Shown here: piece after piece, positions 12,006-25,688 of the stretch
Layout: every line of letters begins with the position of its first letter
Numbering within the stretch: the first letter of the stretch is position 1
From: Pristiophorus japonicus
Lineage: Eukaryota
Assembly: GCF_044704955.1 (NCBI RefSeq)
Contig: NC_091979.1
Location: 259,036,001-259,100,000 of the forward strand
Direction: 5' to 3'
Length of the DNA: 64,000 bases
Program-made: the position numbers and the translations under genes
The notes under the pieces: generated by a model
What the model was told of the DNA's origin: nothing
The model's database searches: none
The model's input: only the letters and a program-made list of their open reading frames with translations

Positions 12006-12761
12006 CTAGGCATTGGTGTCAATACATGTCTACTGCCAGTCATACTGCCTTCACTCAACTTACCTATCGTACTCTCTTCTCACAGGACCTGGGTGTCAGG
12101 AAAACTCATGAATGTAAACAGCAACCTCTCAAAACACCATCTGAATCACCAATCACTCTGTTAACTCACAAAGCCTGCCACTGGAGCATTTGCTAGTCTT
12201 CAAGGGAACTTCACTTAAATAGACAATGGTATATGCTCATATGGGCCAAGTGTCCACGTCATTCACATGCCTTAAACATTCTCTTCTTTTCCTGTCAAAA
12301 CTCTGCAGGAAGAGAATGCCTTAGAGGCAATAGGCTGACAGACAGGAGAGAGTGGGAAATGGTAAGGTTGGAGGTGAGGTGACAACGGAAGATTGGTCAA
12401 AGGTGGGAAATGCTCAACATACATAGTCTCAGCTTCATGTGTCATCTCAAATTACTACAATGTCCTCACACTTGGCAACTATTTCTTCAGGGGGAAATTT
12501 CACTGTGTGCACAACATAACACCACTTCTGTGTTTCAGATCATAGTGGGTGCCTTGCAGGAAGAGACCAGCCACCGAGAGGACCACCCAGGTACAACCAG
12601 ATGCACACACATCACTTCTTTATCAACTCCACGGCCCAGAATTTGCTGAAGTGGGAAATGGTTTATTACATTATTTTTCTTTCACACTTCAGCTCCAACA
12701 ATTTTTGCACCACAAATTGCTGGAAGTGAGAGTTGATAAATGGGGAATTTGGGAAATTGGT

Positions 12762-15700
12762 GAACATAGAAGAAACATACAAATTTACAGCGCAGAAGGT
12801 CGCCATTTCGGCCCATCATGTCCACACATGATGACAAAAAGCCACTCAGCCCTCGGTCAGCAACCCTGAAGGTTACATATAAACCTATGAACAATGAACT
12901 ATGGCAGAAAGGTAAAGAGAATCCGGCCCAACTAATCCGCCTCACACAATCGCAATACCCCATGTATCACAACATTTTACACTCCACCCCACCTGGTGCC
13001 ATGCGATCTCCTGGGAGAGCAAAAAAACCAGATAAAAACCTAGGGGCAATTGGGGAAAAAAAATCTGGGAAAATTCCTCTCCAACCCATCCAGGTGATCG
13101 AAACTAGTCCAGGAGATCACTGGCCATATTAGATTCCCTGAAGTACTTACCATCGTGTCTGTGCCAACCAACAAGAGGTTTTCCAGTCTAATCCCAGTTA
13201 CCAGCTCTAGGCACTTAAAGTGCACATCCAAGCACCTTTTAAATGTGGTGAGGGTTTCTGCCTCCACCACCCTTCCAGAGAGCGAGTTCCAGACCCCACA
13301 ACTCTCTGCATGAAGAATCTTCCCCTCAAATCCCCTCTAAACCTATGCCCCCACATAATTGACACCTCCACCAAGGGAAATAGGCCCTTGCTATCCACTA
13401 TGTCCAGGCCCCTCAAAATGTTATACACCTCAATGAGGTCTCACCTCAGCCTCCTCTGTTCCAAAGATAACAAACCCAATCTATCCAATCTGTCCTCATA
13501 GCTAAGATTCTCCATTCCAGGCAGCATCCTCGTAAATCGCCTGTTCACCCTCTCCAGTGCAATCATGTCCTTCCTATAATACGGCGATCAGAACAACGCG
13601 CAGTATTCCAGCTGTGGCTTAACCAGTGTATTATATAATTTAAGCATAACCTCCTTGCTCTTGTATTCTATGCCTCGGCCAATAAAGGCTAGCATTCCTT
13701 ATGCCTTCTTAGCCACCTTATCCACCTGGCCTGCTACTTTCAGGGATCTGTAGACAAGCACTCCAAGGTCTCTTTGTTCATCAAAGTGGCCTACTGTTTA
13801 ATGTTTCCTTATTAGCTCTCCCCAAGTGCATCACCTCATACTTCTCCGAATTAAATTCCATTTGCCACGGTTCTGCCCACCTGACCAGTAGATTGATATC
13901 CTCCTGCAATCCATGACTTTCCTCTTCATTATTAATCACACAGCCAATTTTAGTATAATTTGCAAACTTCTTAATCATAATATTCAAATCTAGATCATTG
14001 ATGTATATCATAAAAAGCAAGGGACCCAGTTCTGTGCCCTGCAGAACCCCAGTGGAAACATCCTTCCAGTCACAAAAACATCTATCAACGATTACCCTTT
14101 GCTTCCTACCTCTAAGCCAATTTTGGATCCAACTTGCCACTTTGCCCTGGATCCCATGGGCTTTTACCTTCGTGACCAGTCGGCAATGTGGGACCTTATC
14201 AAAAGCCTTGCTAAAATCCATCTACTCTACATCAAACGCACTGCCCTCATCGACCCTCCTGGTTACCTCCTTGAAAAATTCAATCAGGTTAGTCAAACAC
14301 GATCTTCCCTTAACAAATCCATGCTGACTGTCCCGGATTAATCCTTGACTTTCTGAATGTAGATTTATCCTGTCCATCATGATTTTTTCCAATAATTTTC
14401 CCACCACTGAGGTTAGGCTGACAGGCCTGTAATTACTCGGCCTATCCCTTTCTTCCTTCTTAAACAAGGATACAACATTAGCAGTCTTCCAGTCCTCCGG
14501 CACCATGCCTGAATCCAAAGAGGACTGGAAAATGATGGTCAAAGCCTCTGCTATTTCCTCTTTTGCTTCGCTCAACAGACTGTGATGCATTTCATTCGGG
14601 CCTGGGGACTTATCCACTTTCAAAGCTGCTAAACCCCTTAATACCTCCTCTCTCACTACGTTTATTTCATCCAGAGTTTCACACTCCTCCTTGATAACAG
14701 TATGTACATTGCCCCTTTCCTTTGTGAAAACAGATGCAAAGTATTCATTAAGAAGCATACCCAAATCTTCCGCCTCCACACACGGATTACCCTCATGGTC
14801 CCTAATCGGCCCTATCCTTTCTTTAGTTATCCTCTTGCTCTTAATATATTTATAGAACATCTTTGGGTTTTCCTTGATTTTACTTGCCAAGAATTTTTTA
14901 TGCTCTCTTTTAGCATTCCTAACATCCTTTTTAATTTCACCTCTGAACTTCCTATATTCCTCCAGAGATTCTATAGTATTTAGCCATCGTTTTTTTTCCC
15001 TTTATCTTCCCCTGTAGGTCCCTAGACATCCAGGGGGCTCTAAAATTGTTATTCCCACCTTTTTCTTTAAGGGCACATGCTTGGCCTAAGCCCTCCAGAT
15101 CTCCTCCTTGAATGTCTCCCACTGTTCCGACACTGATTTACCTTCAAGTAGCTGTGGCCAAATCACTTCTCAACTTAGCAAAGTTAGCTTTTCCACAATT
15201 TGGAACTTTTATTCCTGGTCTATCCTTGTCCTTATCCATTAACTTGAATCTGACTGAATTATGGTCACTGGCACCCAAGTGCTTTCCCACTGATACCCCT
15301 GCCACCTGCCCAGCTTCATTCCCCAAAACTAAATCCAGAACCGCCCCCTCTCATGTTGGACTTGTTACATACTGACTAAAAAAATTCTCTTGAATGTATT
15401 CTAAGAATTCTGCACCCTCTATACCCTTCACACTATATTTGTCCCAATCAATATTAGGATAGTTGAAATCCCTTACTATTACTGTCCAATGGTTTTTGGA
15501 CTTCACAGAAATTTGCCTACATATTTGCTCTTCCATTTCCTTCCCACTGTTTGGAGGTCTATAATACACACCCAACAGTGTGATCGCCCCTTTTTTATTT
15601 TTCAGTTCGACCCATATGGCCTCATTTGATGATCCCTCTAACATATCATCCCTCCTCACAGCTGTAATAGTTTTTATAATCAATAGCATGACCCTCCCCC

Positions 15701-17100
15701 CTTTTACCCCTCTCTCTGTCCTGTCTAAAAATCCTGTAACCAGGAATATTGAGCTGCCAAACCTGCTCCTCTTTCAGCCATGTCTCTGTAATGGTTATAA
15801 TGTCATACTCCCAAGTGTCTCCTGTGCTCTCAGCTCATCCGCCTTATTTGTTATACTACTTGCATTGAAGTATATACCATTTAGCACAGGAAGACCTCCT
15901 TGATTACTACTTACTAACCCTTGTTTCCTCTGTCTTACAAATTCACTTTCTACATTCTTGCTTTGCAATTTCAGCTTTACTTCCTTACCTATTGAATTTG
16001 TTGTCAGATTTCCATCCCCCTGCCAAGCTAGTTTAAACTCCCCAACAGCACTAGCAAAACTCCCACAAGGATATTAATCCTGGCGCTGTTGAGGTGCAGC
16101 CCATCCAGTTTGTACAGGTCCCATCTCCCCCAGAAGCGGTCCCAATGCCTCAGGAATTTAAAGCCCTTCCTCCTGCACCAACTCTCCAGCCATGCGTTCG
16201 TACTCTCTATCCTTCTATTCTTGTACTCATTAGCATGTGGCACCAATAATGACCTGGAGATGACTATCTTTGAGGTCCTACCCTTTAATTTTTTCTTGTG
16301 GCTCCCTAAATTCTGCCTGCAGCACCTCTTCCCTCTTTCTACCTATGTCATTGGTCCCTTTATGAACCACAACCTCTAACTGTTCACCCTCTCCCCCCAG
16401 AATACCCTGCACCATACCAACCTGGAGTCGCGTCTACGGCCGCAGAAACGCCTATCTATTCCCCTAACTATTGAATCCCCTATCACTATAGCTCTTTTAA
16501 TTTTGTCCCTTCCCCTTGTGCAGCTGAGCCACCCGTCGTGCCTTCGACTTGGCTTTGTCTGCACTCCCAGAGGCACCATCACTCTCACCGGTGCTGAAAA
16601 GAGAATATCGGATGGAAACCGAGATGGACTCGGGATGGGGGGGACTCCTGGATTACCTGCCTAGCGTTCTTCCTCTGTCTGGTGTTCACCCACTTTCCCT
16701 CTGCCAGCACGTTTTTAAGCTGTGGGGTGACCACCTCCTGAAACGTGCTATCCACGTAGCTCTCAGCCTCGCGGATACACCGCATTGACTCCAGCCGCCA
16801 CTCAAGCTCCGAAACGCGGAGCTCGAGTAGTTGAAGCTGGAGATACCTCCTGCATACATGGTTGTTTAAGCTGCGCAAAGCGTCCAGGACTTCCCACATG
16901 CCGCAAGACATACACTACACAGGACTGAGCTGCCCGACCATCCCTCTAATTAGACGCATCTGTTATAAAAGAGAAAGAGAGATACTTATCAATCAACTGC
17001 TTACCAACCTTCGGGGCTCCCATTCCTTGCCGGTCTCCGGGCCTCCCGCTCCTCGCCGACCTCCGGGCCTCCTGCTCTGGCTGCGTGTCCTGCTCTCTGG
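12762..17100 (-). mobile_element. Near full-length CR1 LINE (ORF1 esterase; ORF2 endonuclease and RT), disrupted
   Basis: ORF1 about 16941-16028: CMSCGMW, leucine-rich coil, VIGDSIVRG, DGLHLN. Endonuclease 15351-15689: GVYYRPPN, DFNYPNIDW, SDHN at 15144-15326. RT 13781-14890: NYRPVSLTS, QHGF, DFSKAFD. GC-rich 5' end. Confidence 0.93.
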
Positions 17101-17131
17101 CTGCATGTCCATGATGGGACCAAAAGTCTAT

Positions 17132-18844
17132 GGGCTAGAACCTCCACTTTTGAGCTTATCGCCCAAAAATGGGCGTTATTTCCAGTGTGGGTGGTAAAAA
17201 ACAATTTTCAGATCGCAGGCTTCTCGCCCATTCTCAAAACACCTAGTTTACATTTTTGAAATTGGGCATAACCGTGAGCGATATCAAATGGGCGGTAGCA
17301 TTACATTTTTTTGACCTACTGCCGTAAAGTGTGGCCATCCTTAGCAACGGCATGGCAATGCTCGATTCCCACGATTCAGGAGGTCAAGAGTCATCATGAC
17401 ATGCGCAGAAGAGGAGACAGAGAGAGAGGGAGCTCAGAAGCACTGAAAGCTTATGTGGCTGTGGTGTGTGCTTGTCTGGCTGTTGTGGGAGGCATAATGG
17501 AGATTCACTATTAGCAAAAAGCCAACTAAGCACCAAGAACATAGTTGGCACCGAGTTTTTGTCCAACAAATAAGATACAACATGGAAGGGATGGAGGAAG
17601 CCAGGAACAGTGGTGGCAGAGGGCTCCCAGTGGTCCCTGATCATGGCACTCCACCCCTAGGTTCCTCACCACCACTGCAAATGAGAGATGACAGCAAGGA
17701 CCAAGATCCTGCTTCTGCATCAGAGAACATTGCCCCTCAGCACCCTCCGCTCCCGTACCCGTGCACCCACCACATCTGCCTTCATCCTCCCCAATGAGGC
17801 ACTGCCTGAGTAGCTCCTCGGCCAGGCGCCGCAGAGTGAGGAGGGGAAAGGATAGAGGTGGGGAGAAGAAAGAGATGGGGAAGGAAAGTGAGGTGCATGT
17901 GCGCAGGTGATGGCTGTGTTATATCTCCAGCTGGGTGTATGCAATTTGTTGCAATATATGGGGGGTGGGGACCACGCTCCTGCTTTGCCTTTGTATTCTG
18001 TGTTGCTGGACATGTTGACCATGTGATTTATGTCAATGGTGGAAAAAGTGGGATATGGGCGGGGGTTGGGTGTTATTGGCTGTGTCACTTATGATTTCAG
18101 ACCAATGTTGGTATTAAACTTTTGTTCTTGAACATAACCTTGTTGCGCATTGTCTCAATTAGCTGGACCGTTACACACTGGTGATTCCTTACCATGAAAG
18201 AGTTAAATACAACTTTACATCAATCAACGTAAACTTTAACTGGCACCAAGGTGATGGGCACCATTGATGTCTGAGCTGCACACACAGAGCAGTGTGTCAG
18301 CATTGTCACTCACATCAGCACTCTTTCAGGCAAATCTTTCCGATATTAGCTCCTCATGTAAGAGTGGGATTTAACAAATACCAGCCACACTGCTGGCGTC
18401 CATCAGGTTAGTTCCACTTTTGTCGGCGGTTTTTTGAGCGGGCGATATTCTGGGCGATATGTGTGTGAGGTGATGAAATTGACGGTGGGCGATCTCCATG
18501 GCTGCTAGTTTAGGTAAATATGCTCTTTACGACAAAAAACAGTCCCCGGGCATTATTATTGAATCTCAGCATTAAGTCGTGAGGAAAGTAACACTGGGCA
18601 ATAATATGGGCATAGAAATCGCCTATTCTGCTGATTCCGCCCCAAAAAAGTGGGCAGGCGGTAATATTTTTTCTCGGCGTTAAGCACATGGGGAAAATAA
18701 CGCTCAGCGATAAGTCTCCAAAAAAAGCCAATCAGTTTCCATTTTGTGCCAAAATGGGCGATATCTGGGTGTTATATGTCATTTCAGCAGTTAAATGGGT
18801 GTTAAGTGGGTGATAAGCAGGCAGAAAAGTGGAGGTTCTAGCCC
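17132..18844. mobile_element. Non-autonomous TIR DNA element (PIF/Harbinger-like), 1.7 kb
   Basis: TIRs gggctagaacctccactttt (17132) and aaaagtggaggttctagccc (ends 18844). Flanks TAT/TAC. Many subterminal gggcg/cgccc motifs. Confidence 0.8.
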
Positions 18845-19773
18845 TACCTCCTTAACCAATGAAATTTAAGGATAGAGAAAGAAACAGAGGAATGACAAGA
18901 GAAGAAAATAGGGTGAATTAGTGCCAATAATTATTTGGGTTGGGCTTGAGGCAGCAGTTGGGGGAAATGGGTTAGAGGGATTGCCCCAGTTACATGCAGT
19001 GGATTGGGTTTGACGAGTTTTTAGAGGATACATCAGGTATTGTTCTTTAGTAATAGATTTGAAGCAGCTGCCTTTAAGAACTCCTTTTACTCCATTTAAT
19101 TCCCCAAATCCCACCTCAAAATGGATGGTAACTCACAGACAAATTCAGCCTTTGTGTTTGTGTGATTGTATTTTTAGTTTTTTTTTTAAGCACTATTTGA
19201 AGAGAGAATGACAATAAAAATACAAAATGTGAAGTTCACAACAGTTCAATGAGTAATACTACAGAGGCATTGCTTTAGAGGCTGTAATCATTGTACAAAC
19301 AAGAACAAACCAGATGCTGGTTATTTTATTTAAAGGTCAAACATCAAATCCACCATACTACTTTCATTACAAACATGCTTGGACATAAAGTATTGTTACT
19401 TCTAATTTAATACAATTCCAATAAAAATTCAGCTACACATTGCCTGCAATTTTCCAACCATTGAAATGAATAATTGGAAAACCATAAATAGTTGCCACCC
19501 AAAATTCTGATTAATCAGAATATTTCCAATGCCAAAAATAACATTTTAAATATAATAAAAACTTGAAAAGTTACATATGACACAATTAAATTTACCTATA
19601 AAGTTTTTGTCTTCTGTACATCAAGATTTCAGCATCTCTCAAAAGTCTGGGTTTCAAGTTTGCACTGCAACCATAGCTTTGTCTGTGATTCTGGGGGTTC
19701 AGCTGTTTTAATTCCACCAGAGAAATTGAAAATTTGTTGTCCAGTAAATTTTGGAATCATTTGGAAGAACCAT

Positions 19774-21530
19774 GGGGGGGACTTTTTCGGGGATCAGCGG
19801 GCGCCTTTAGTGACGGGTCAGGTGGGAAAAATGTTTTTTGACAGTGGGTCAGGAACCCGCTGTCATCCAGCCACCACTGCTTTCCCAGATGTTGGGTCTG
19901 TCAACACTGAACAAACCCGACACACGGTGACAGGGGAGGCAATAAGGTCATTATGACTTTGTTAACAGCCCTTTAAACAGTATTTTGAGCTCAGCTTATC
20001 ATTTTACGAGGTCGTCCACGGGATCTACACTACTCGGGGATCACATCAGGTAAGCAGGTCGGGAGTTGCGTTACCATGAATTGATCTCTTTATTTTTGCA
20101 AATGTGCTATAAAATTTCCCATCTCACAGCTGTTCACTTTCCAAGCTCAGAAAATGTTACCTACTGCATGTGGTAGATTGAGTTTTATGTAGGTTGCAAG
20201 TGTTTGGAGTATGCTGTCGATAGAGTGTCACCTCATTGGAACAACCTCTCTCACCATTGATAGATTGCTTCTGTCATCTCAACTTCACTTGTCTTCTATT
20301 ACTTCAGCATCAGTGCTCTTGAAACTATCTCACCTTGGTCCTCAGAATCCCTCCATGATCACCTCCAACACCAGCAGCACCAGGCACACCAGCAGCACCA
20401 ACAACAACACCAACTTCTCCACAATCAATTGATGCTGCACAGGACACATGGTATCAGCATCCAACCACATTGCTGCCTGGGATGGCCTGACCATAGGCAG
20501 ATTTACTTCACTTGACACTGTACACCCTGGCTGCCACATGATGTACCAGGTTGGCACTATCTTACACCAACACCACAAAGCATCCCTACAATGCCCAAGC
20601 TATTCCTTTCACACTCATCACTATTGTGGGGGGTACGGTCATGTCTCACTATTCACTGCAACTCACTAAGCCACTTCCAAAGGTGCACACAAATCTGTCC
20701 AAGAATGCAAAGTGTTGAAAATAAAGATTTCAATGTTTGACACCACATTAACAGAAACTTCACATGAACATTGGCTAAAACACCCAAGTGCCTACCCTTC
20801 TGTGTTGTTAGTTCATAGGATTGGACTAGGATGAGGGTGAGGGGTGGCTAATCAGTTGGGGAAGGGATAATGTAGATAAAGAGGGATGGGTGGCAGTGCA
20901 AGGTAAGTTAGTGTGAGTAAGGATGTGTAGGAGTAGGGTAGGGAAGGCAGAGTGATGGGGATGTGATGAGTGGCACAGTAGGATGAGGTTGAGTGTGTCT
21001 TTGCAGTAACATTTTGTGATCAACTGAGGTTATTGAAAGGTTTGCACCACTGCAGTCTAGTCATCCTGATGACATCCCTGCTTGTGTCCTCCTGTGCAAT
21101 GTGCAACCAGGCTATGTTGATCTCCTGGAGAGACCTCTTCCGCTCTAGGGAAGGGAAGAGGACCTCCCTGTGTGTTGTGACTTCCTCCATAAGCACATGG
21201 ATGGAGTTACAGGAGAGCCTGGGTGCAGCCGTGCACCTCTGTGCAATGCTTGTCAGTGTTTGCAGCACCTCAATGCAGTAGAACACTGACATCACAACTG
21301 TCAAAATCAATGTGAGCATGGTTCCTTTAAGGAAACCGGCTGATGACATGTCATCAAGTGACGTCATCAGACCCGCTTCCTTCATATAGCCGGCAAACGC
21401 GCTGGGGGAGCTTAACGATCTCAATCAGTGTAAAATCATTCTACACACCGGGCTGGAGCCAGCAGTAAGGTCAGGACCTGCCACTGACCCCGGCTGCACC
21501 CGACCTGCTAAGGTTGGGGAAATCGCGGCC
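19774..21530 (-). mobile_element. Decayed PIF/Harbinger element with a Myb/SANT ORF remnant, TSD CAT
   Basis: CAT flanks both ends. Degenerate G-rich and ggcc termini. ORF 21020-21424 includes APRLSCNSIHVLMEEVTTHREVLFPS...AWLHIAQE...QWCKPFNNL. Confidence 0.65.
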
Positions 21531-21684
21531 CATGTCTCTGGGCTAAAATCCTTTCGTTTGAAGTGAAAAAATCTATTGCGACAGAATTTCTAACATTATT
21601 ACTTTCCAATACATTGGAGAACAGTTTTTTCTTCAGGTATTACTTACATTTTAACTATTATCTCTTTCTGATTTAAACTGTTTT

Positions 21685-22806
21685 GGTTCTAAAATTAAAA
21701 GCAGTAGTTGGGAAGAACCGACCAGAAAATAGTAGGGACCTGGTGCAACAGGCTGTTTCCATCAGAACGATCCCAGTGCTGGAGCGGATAGGCTTGAGGC
21801 ACTCCCAATATTGGGCCTTGGACCTCAATTACATGAGACCAGTGAGCAGCAGGCACCTGCTGAGCTTGTAAGGAAAAGAACCTCTACTGTCCCTTACAAT
21901 GCAGGAAAGTGACTCTGAGAGGGGTGCCTTTGGACGGGGACTCCCTACACCAGGAGTTCTCACTAGGCCAATATGTCAAGTGAGATAAAGCAAATGGCCT
22001 CACCAAGGTTGTTCCAGGCAAGGGAAGTAGCCTGCACTCCTGAACAATGGTCAGATGCCTTTTTTGAACCAAGATTGGCCTCTGAGGTCTGGGTGGGAGG
22101 ATCCAAGGCAACACACCACACCCCCACAAGGTGTCCAGGCACTGGATTTCCCACAGTAGCACCTGTGCGTGCAAGCCCCATTTGAATCAGATGCCTTCTC
22201 GCTGATCCCAAAACTTTTAGATGGCTTTTCCAGATCCTTAAATTTTACTTCAGAGAGACAAAGACCAGCTGTAATTTCTGTTATTCATACTTATAGGGCT
22301 ACATTCTCCTCCTGTTGGTGGGTTAGCAGAGGGAGCAGGACTTGCTCGCCCATGTGATTCAAGCACTAACCCACTGAGGTTTCCTGGACTGGACCTCATT
22401 ACTGATGTAGGGTGGGTTTATATGTGGTAAACAGTGACTACTGGTTTACCATTGCTGGGAAGAATGGAAATTCACTGCTGCTGCAGCTGATTAAAGGGGT
22501 AGGTGTTTTTTCTGGGAGGCAGTAGCAGAACAGTGCAGCAAGTAGTGAAAAGGGAGCAGCCGTAGGGGAGGGACAAAAGCAGAAGGGCTTCCAGATTTAC
22601 CGATGCTTCAGTGCATGCACTTCTAACAGACTACGGTCCAGAAGAGAAGGCATCCTGGGGACACAAGGTAGGAAGTGCATTAAGAATGGCCCAGACTTTA
22701 TGGTGGGAGGTGGCAGAGACAGTGAATGCAAACTCCACCCAGACCAAGACCTGCCACACAGTGCAGCAGGAGCTTTAATGACCTCACGAGGTTGGCCAAG
22801 ATAAGT
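21685..22806 (+). mobile_element. Decayed Harbinger-related element with a Myb/SANT remnant (22583-22800)
   Basis: RASRFTDASVHALL...WWEVAETVNANS...PRPATQCSRSFNDLTRLAK. 21795-21862 is similar to 33478-33545. Confidence 0.55.
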
Positions 22807-23119
22807 TCCTATGCATATCCTGTAATAATAATACAGGCACTTCCTTACCTCTCATGCTTTCTCACTGTCATCACCTGGGTGACAGTAACACTGACCTATT
22901 CACAGAGAACCTCTGGAAACAATAATGTACCACATCAAATCCAAAACACTTTGAGAACTCAAATTGCCTGCTACAATAAGTTTTTCAGTCTTGCAGCAGT
23001 GATATTGAAAGGGAGCCTGCACTTAAAATTCTGTTAAGAATGCTATGTATGCAGACATGTGAATGATTGTATGTCTGCTTGCCAGTCACATTCCTTTAAC
23101 TCTGTGTTCTCTCATTGCA

Positions 23120-23501
23120 AAGGAAAAGGATCGGTGTTAGGGCTATTGTTCTTCACCAACTTTATCAATGAGTTGGATGATGTTATTTCAGCAGCTGTCG
23201 ACAAATTGTTAGATGATACAAAGATATGTGCGGGTATAAAGATCTTAGATGCGAAAAATAGATTGCAGGCAGATCTAGATGTGATGGGGAATGGGTCCAT
23301 ATCTGGCAAATGCCTTTTAAATGTAGCATTATGCACTTCGCAAGGGCAACATTAAGCATATGTACACCATGCAGGGTTGCATGAATGGGAGAAGAACCTG
23401 GGTATTCGAGTGCACGAGTTATTGAAGGTCCATGACCAGTGCGCAAAGCCATTGCAAAAACAAATAGAGCGTTAAGATATATTGCCACAACAATTAAATA
23501 C
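23120..23501 (+). mobile_element. Old CR1 RT fragment (continues at about 27936-27990 after the Gypsy insertion)
   Basis: GSVLGLLFFTNFINELDD...DDTKIC. Resumes after the element with tgtacaaggccttgatcagg (LYKALIR). Confidence 0.65.
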
Positions 23502-24788
23502 TGTTATGTATGTAAACCTGTAATTACCATGTATAACCATCAGAGGGCTTATCCCCTGGAGTCCCAAGGGATCCCACAATCCCTTGGGAGCATCTGTATA
23601 TAAGGAGCCCTCATAGGCTGGAGAGGCATTCTGAGATCTGTAATAAAGAACTACAGTCACACTTACTTTGAGCTTGCAGTATCTAGTCTGACTCCTTATC
23701 CAAGACGTAACAACTGGCGACGAGATATAGATGACGAACCCCAACACAACAATGCAGAGAACTGTGGGCATCCTGGAGAAATTTTCAGAGGGAGATGATT
23801 GGGAAACCTTCGTGGAGCGACTCGACCAATACTTCGTGGCCAACGAGCTGGAAGGAGAAGCGAACGCTGCCACACTGGTCCGGGAGCATCTAAACCGGAA
23901 GGAAAGCGTTCTGATGGCGAGATATCGGTTCTACATGTACAAGAGGTCTGAAGGCCAGGAAGTGGTGAGCTACGTCGCCGAGCTAAGGTGCCTTGCAGGA
24001 CATTGCAAATTTGAAGGACACTTGGAGCATATGCTCAGGAACTTCTTTGTACTTGGCATTGGCCATGAAGTAATACTTCGCTAACTTTTGACTGTAGAGA
24101 CCTCAACCTTGAGTAAAGCCATAGCGATAGCCCAGGCGTTTATCTCCACCAGTGACAAAAGCAAACAAATTTCCCAGCACACTAGTGCTGCTGCTAGTAC
24201 TGTGAACAAAGTAACGTTGTTTTCGAATCAAAATGTACATGGCAGGACTTACACGCCTGTAGCTGCACGTCCACAGATGACTCAGATTCCGCCATCAAGG
24301 GAGGTGAATACAAGGCAATTAACACCTTATTGGCGCTGCGGGGGTGATCATCGATTCCATTCATGTCACTTCAAAGGATACGTTTGCAAGGGCTGTGGAA
24401 CAATGAGCACCTCCAACATATGTGCAAGCGAGCTGCAAACCCTGCTAATCCTGCAAACTACCATGTTACAGAGGAGGACAGATCAACGGTGGATCATGAC
24501 AAACCAGAGCCTCAGACCGAGGAGGCAGAAGTATATGGGGTGCACACATTTACCACAAAGTGTCCCCTGATAATGCTGAAGGTTGGATTAAATGGACTCC
24601 CGGTGTCCATGGAGCTGGATACGGGCATAAGCCAGTCCATAATGAGTAAAAAGACTTTCGATAAGTTGTGGTGCAACAAGGCTTCAAGGCAAGTCCTGAC
24701 TCCCATTCTTACCAAACTTAGAACGTACACAAAGGAACTGATTCCCGTAATTGGCAGTGCTACCGTATAGGTCTCCTACAATGGAGCG

Positions 24789-25688
24789 GTGCACGATTTA
24801 CCACTCTGGGTGGTACTGGGCGATGGTCCCACGCTGTTCATCAGGAGCTGGCTGGGAAAGATACGCTGGAATGAGGACGACGTCCGAGCGCTTTCGTCCG
24901 TGAACAACACCTCATGTGCCCAGGTCCTAAGCAAGTTCCCCTTGCTGTTCGAACCAGGCATCGGGAAGTTCCAAGGAGAAAAAATGCAGATCCATTTGAT
25001 TCCAGGAGTGCGACCCATCCATCACAAGGCGAGAGCGGTACCTTACACGATGAGAGAGAGGGTGGAAATCGAACTGGACAGGCTGCAACGAGAGGGCATC
25101 ATTTCGCCGATCGAATTCAATGAGTGGGCCAGTCCCATTGTTCCAGTCCTCAAGGGAGACGGCACCGTCAGAATCTGTGGTGATTACAAAGTAACTATCA
25201 ATCATTTCTCACTGCAGGATCAGTACCCACTACCAAAAGCAGACGACCTATTTGCGATGCTGGCGGGAGGGAAAACGTTCACGAAGCTGGACTTGACCTC
25301 AGCCTACATGACGCAGGAGCTGGAGGAATCTTCGAAAGACCTCAGTTGCATCAACACACACAAAGGTCTTTTCGTTTACAACAGATACCCGTTTGGAATT
25401 CGATCGGCTGCAGCGATATTCCAGAGGAACATGGAAAGCTTGCTGAAGTCGGTCACGCGCACTGTGGTCTTCCAGGACGATATCTTGGTTACAGGTCGGG
25501 ACACCGTCGAGCGTCTGCAGAACCCGGAGGACATTCTTAGTCGGCTTAATCGTGTGGAGCTCAGGCTAAAACACTCAAAGTGCGTTTTCCTGATGCCTGA
25601 AGTGGAATTCCTGGGGAGAAGAATCCATCGATTTGAAGACGGAGGCAATCAAAAACGCACCAAGACCACAGAATGTGGTTGTTTCTAG
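24789..25688 (+). pseudogene. Gypsy reverse transcriptase fragment
   Basis: 299-aa ORF with EWASPIVPV, RICGDYKVTIN, KLDLTSAY, PFGIRSA, FQDDILV. Confidence 0.9.

Larger units (their letters stand above)
6493..13752 (+). repeat. Local tandem duplication, copy 2 (interrupted by a CR1 and a nested Gypsy at 6873-10508)
   Basis: Colinear with 1683-5263 once the insertion is removed. Confidence 0.88.
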
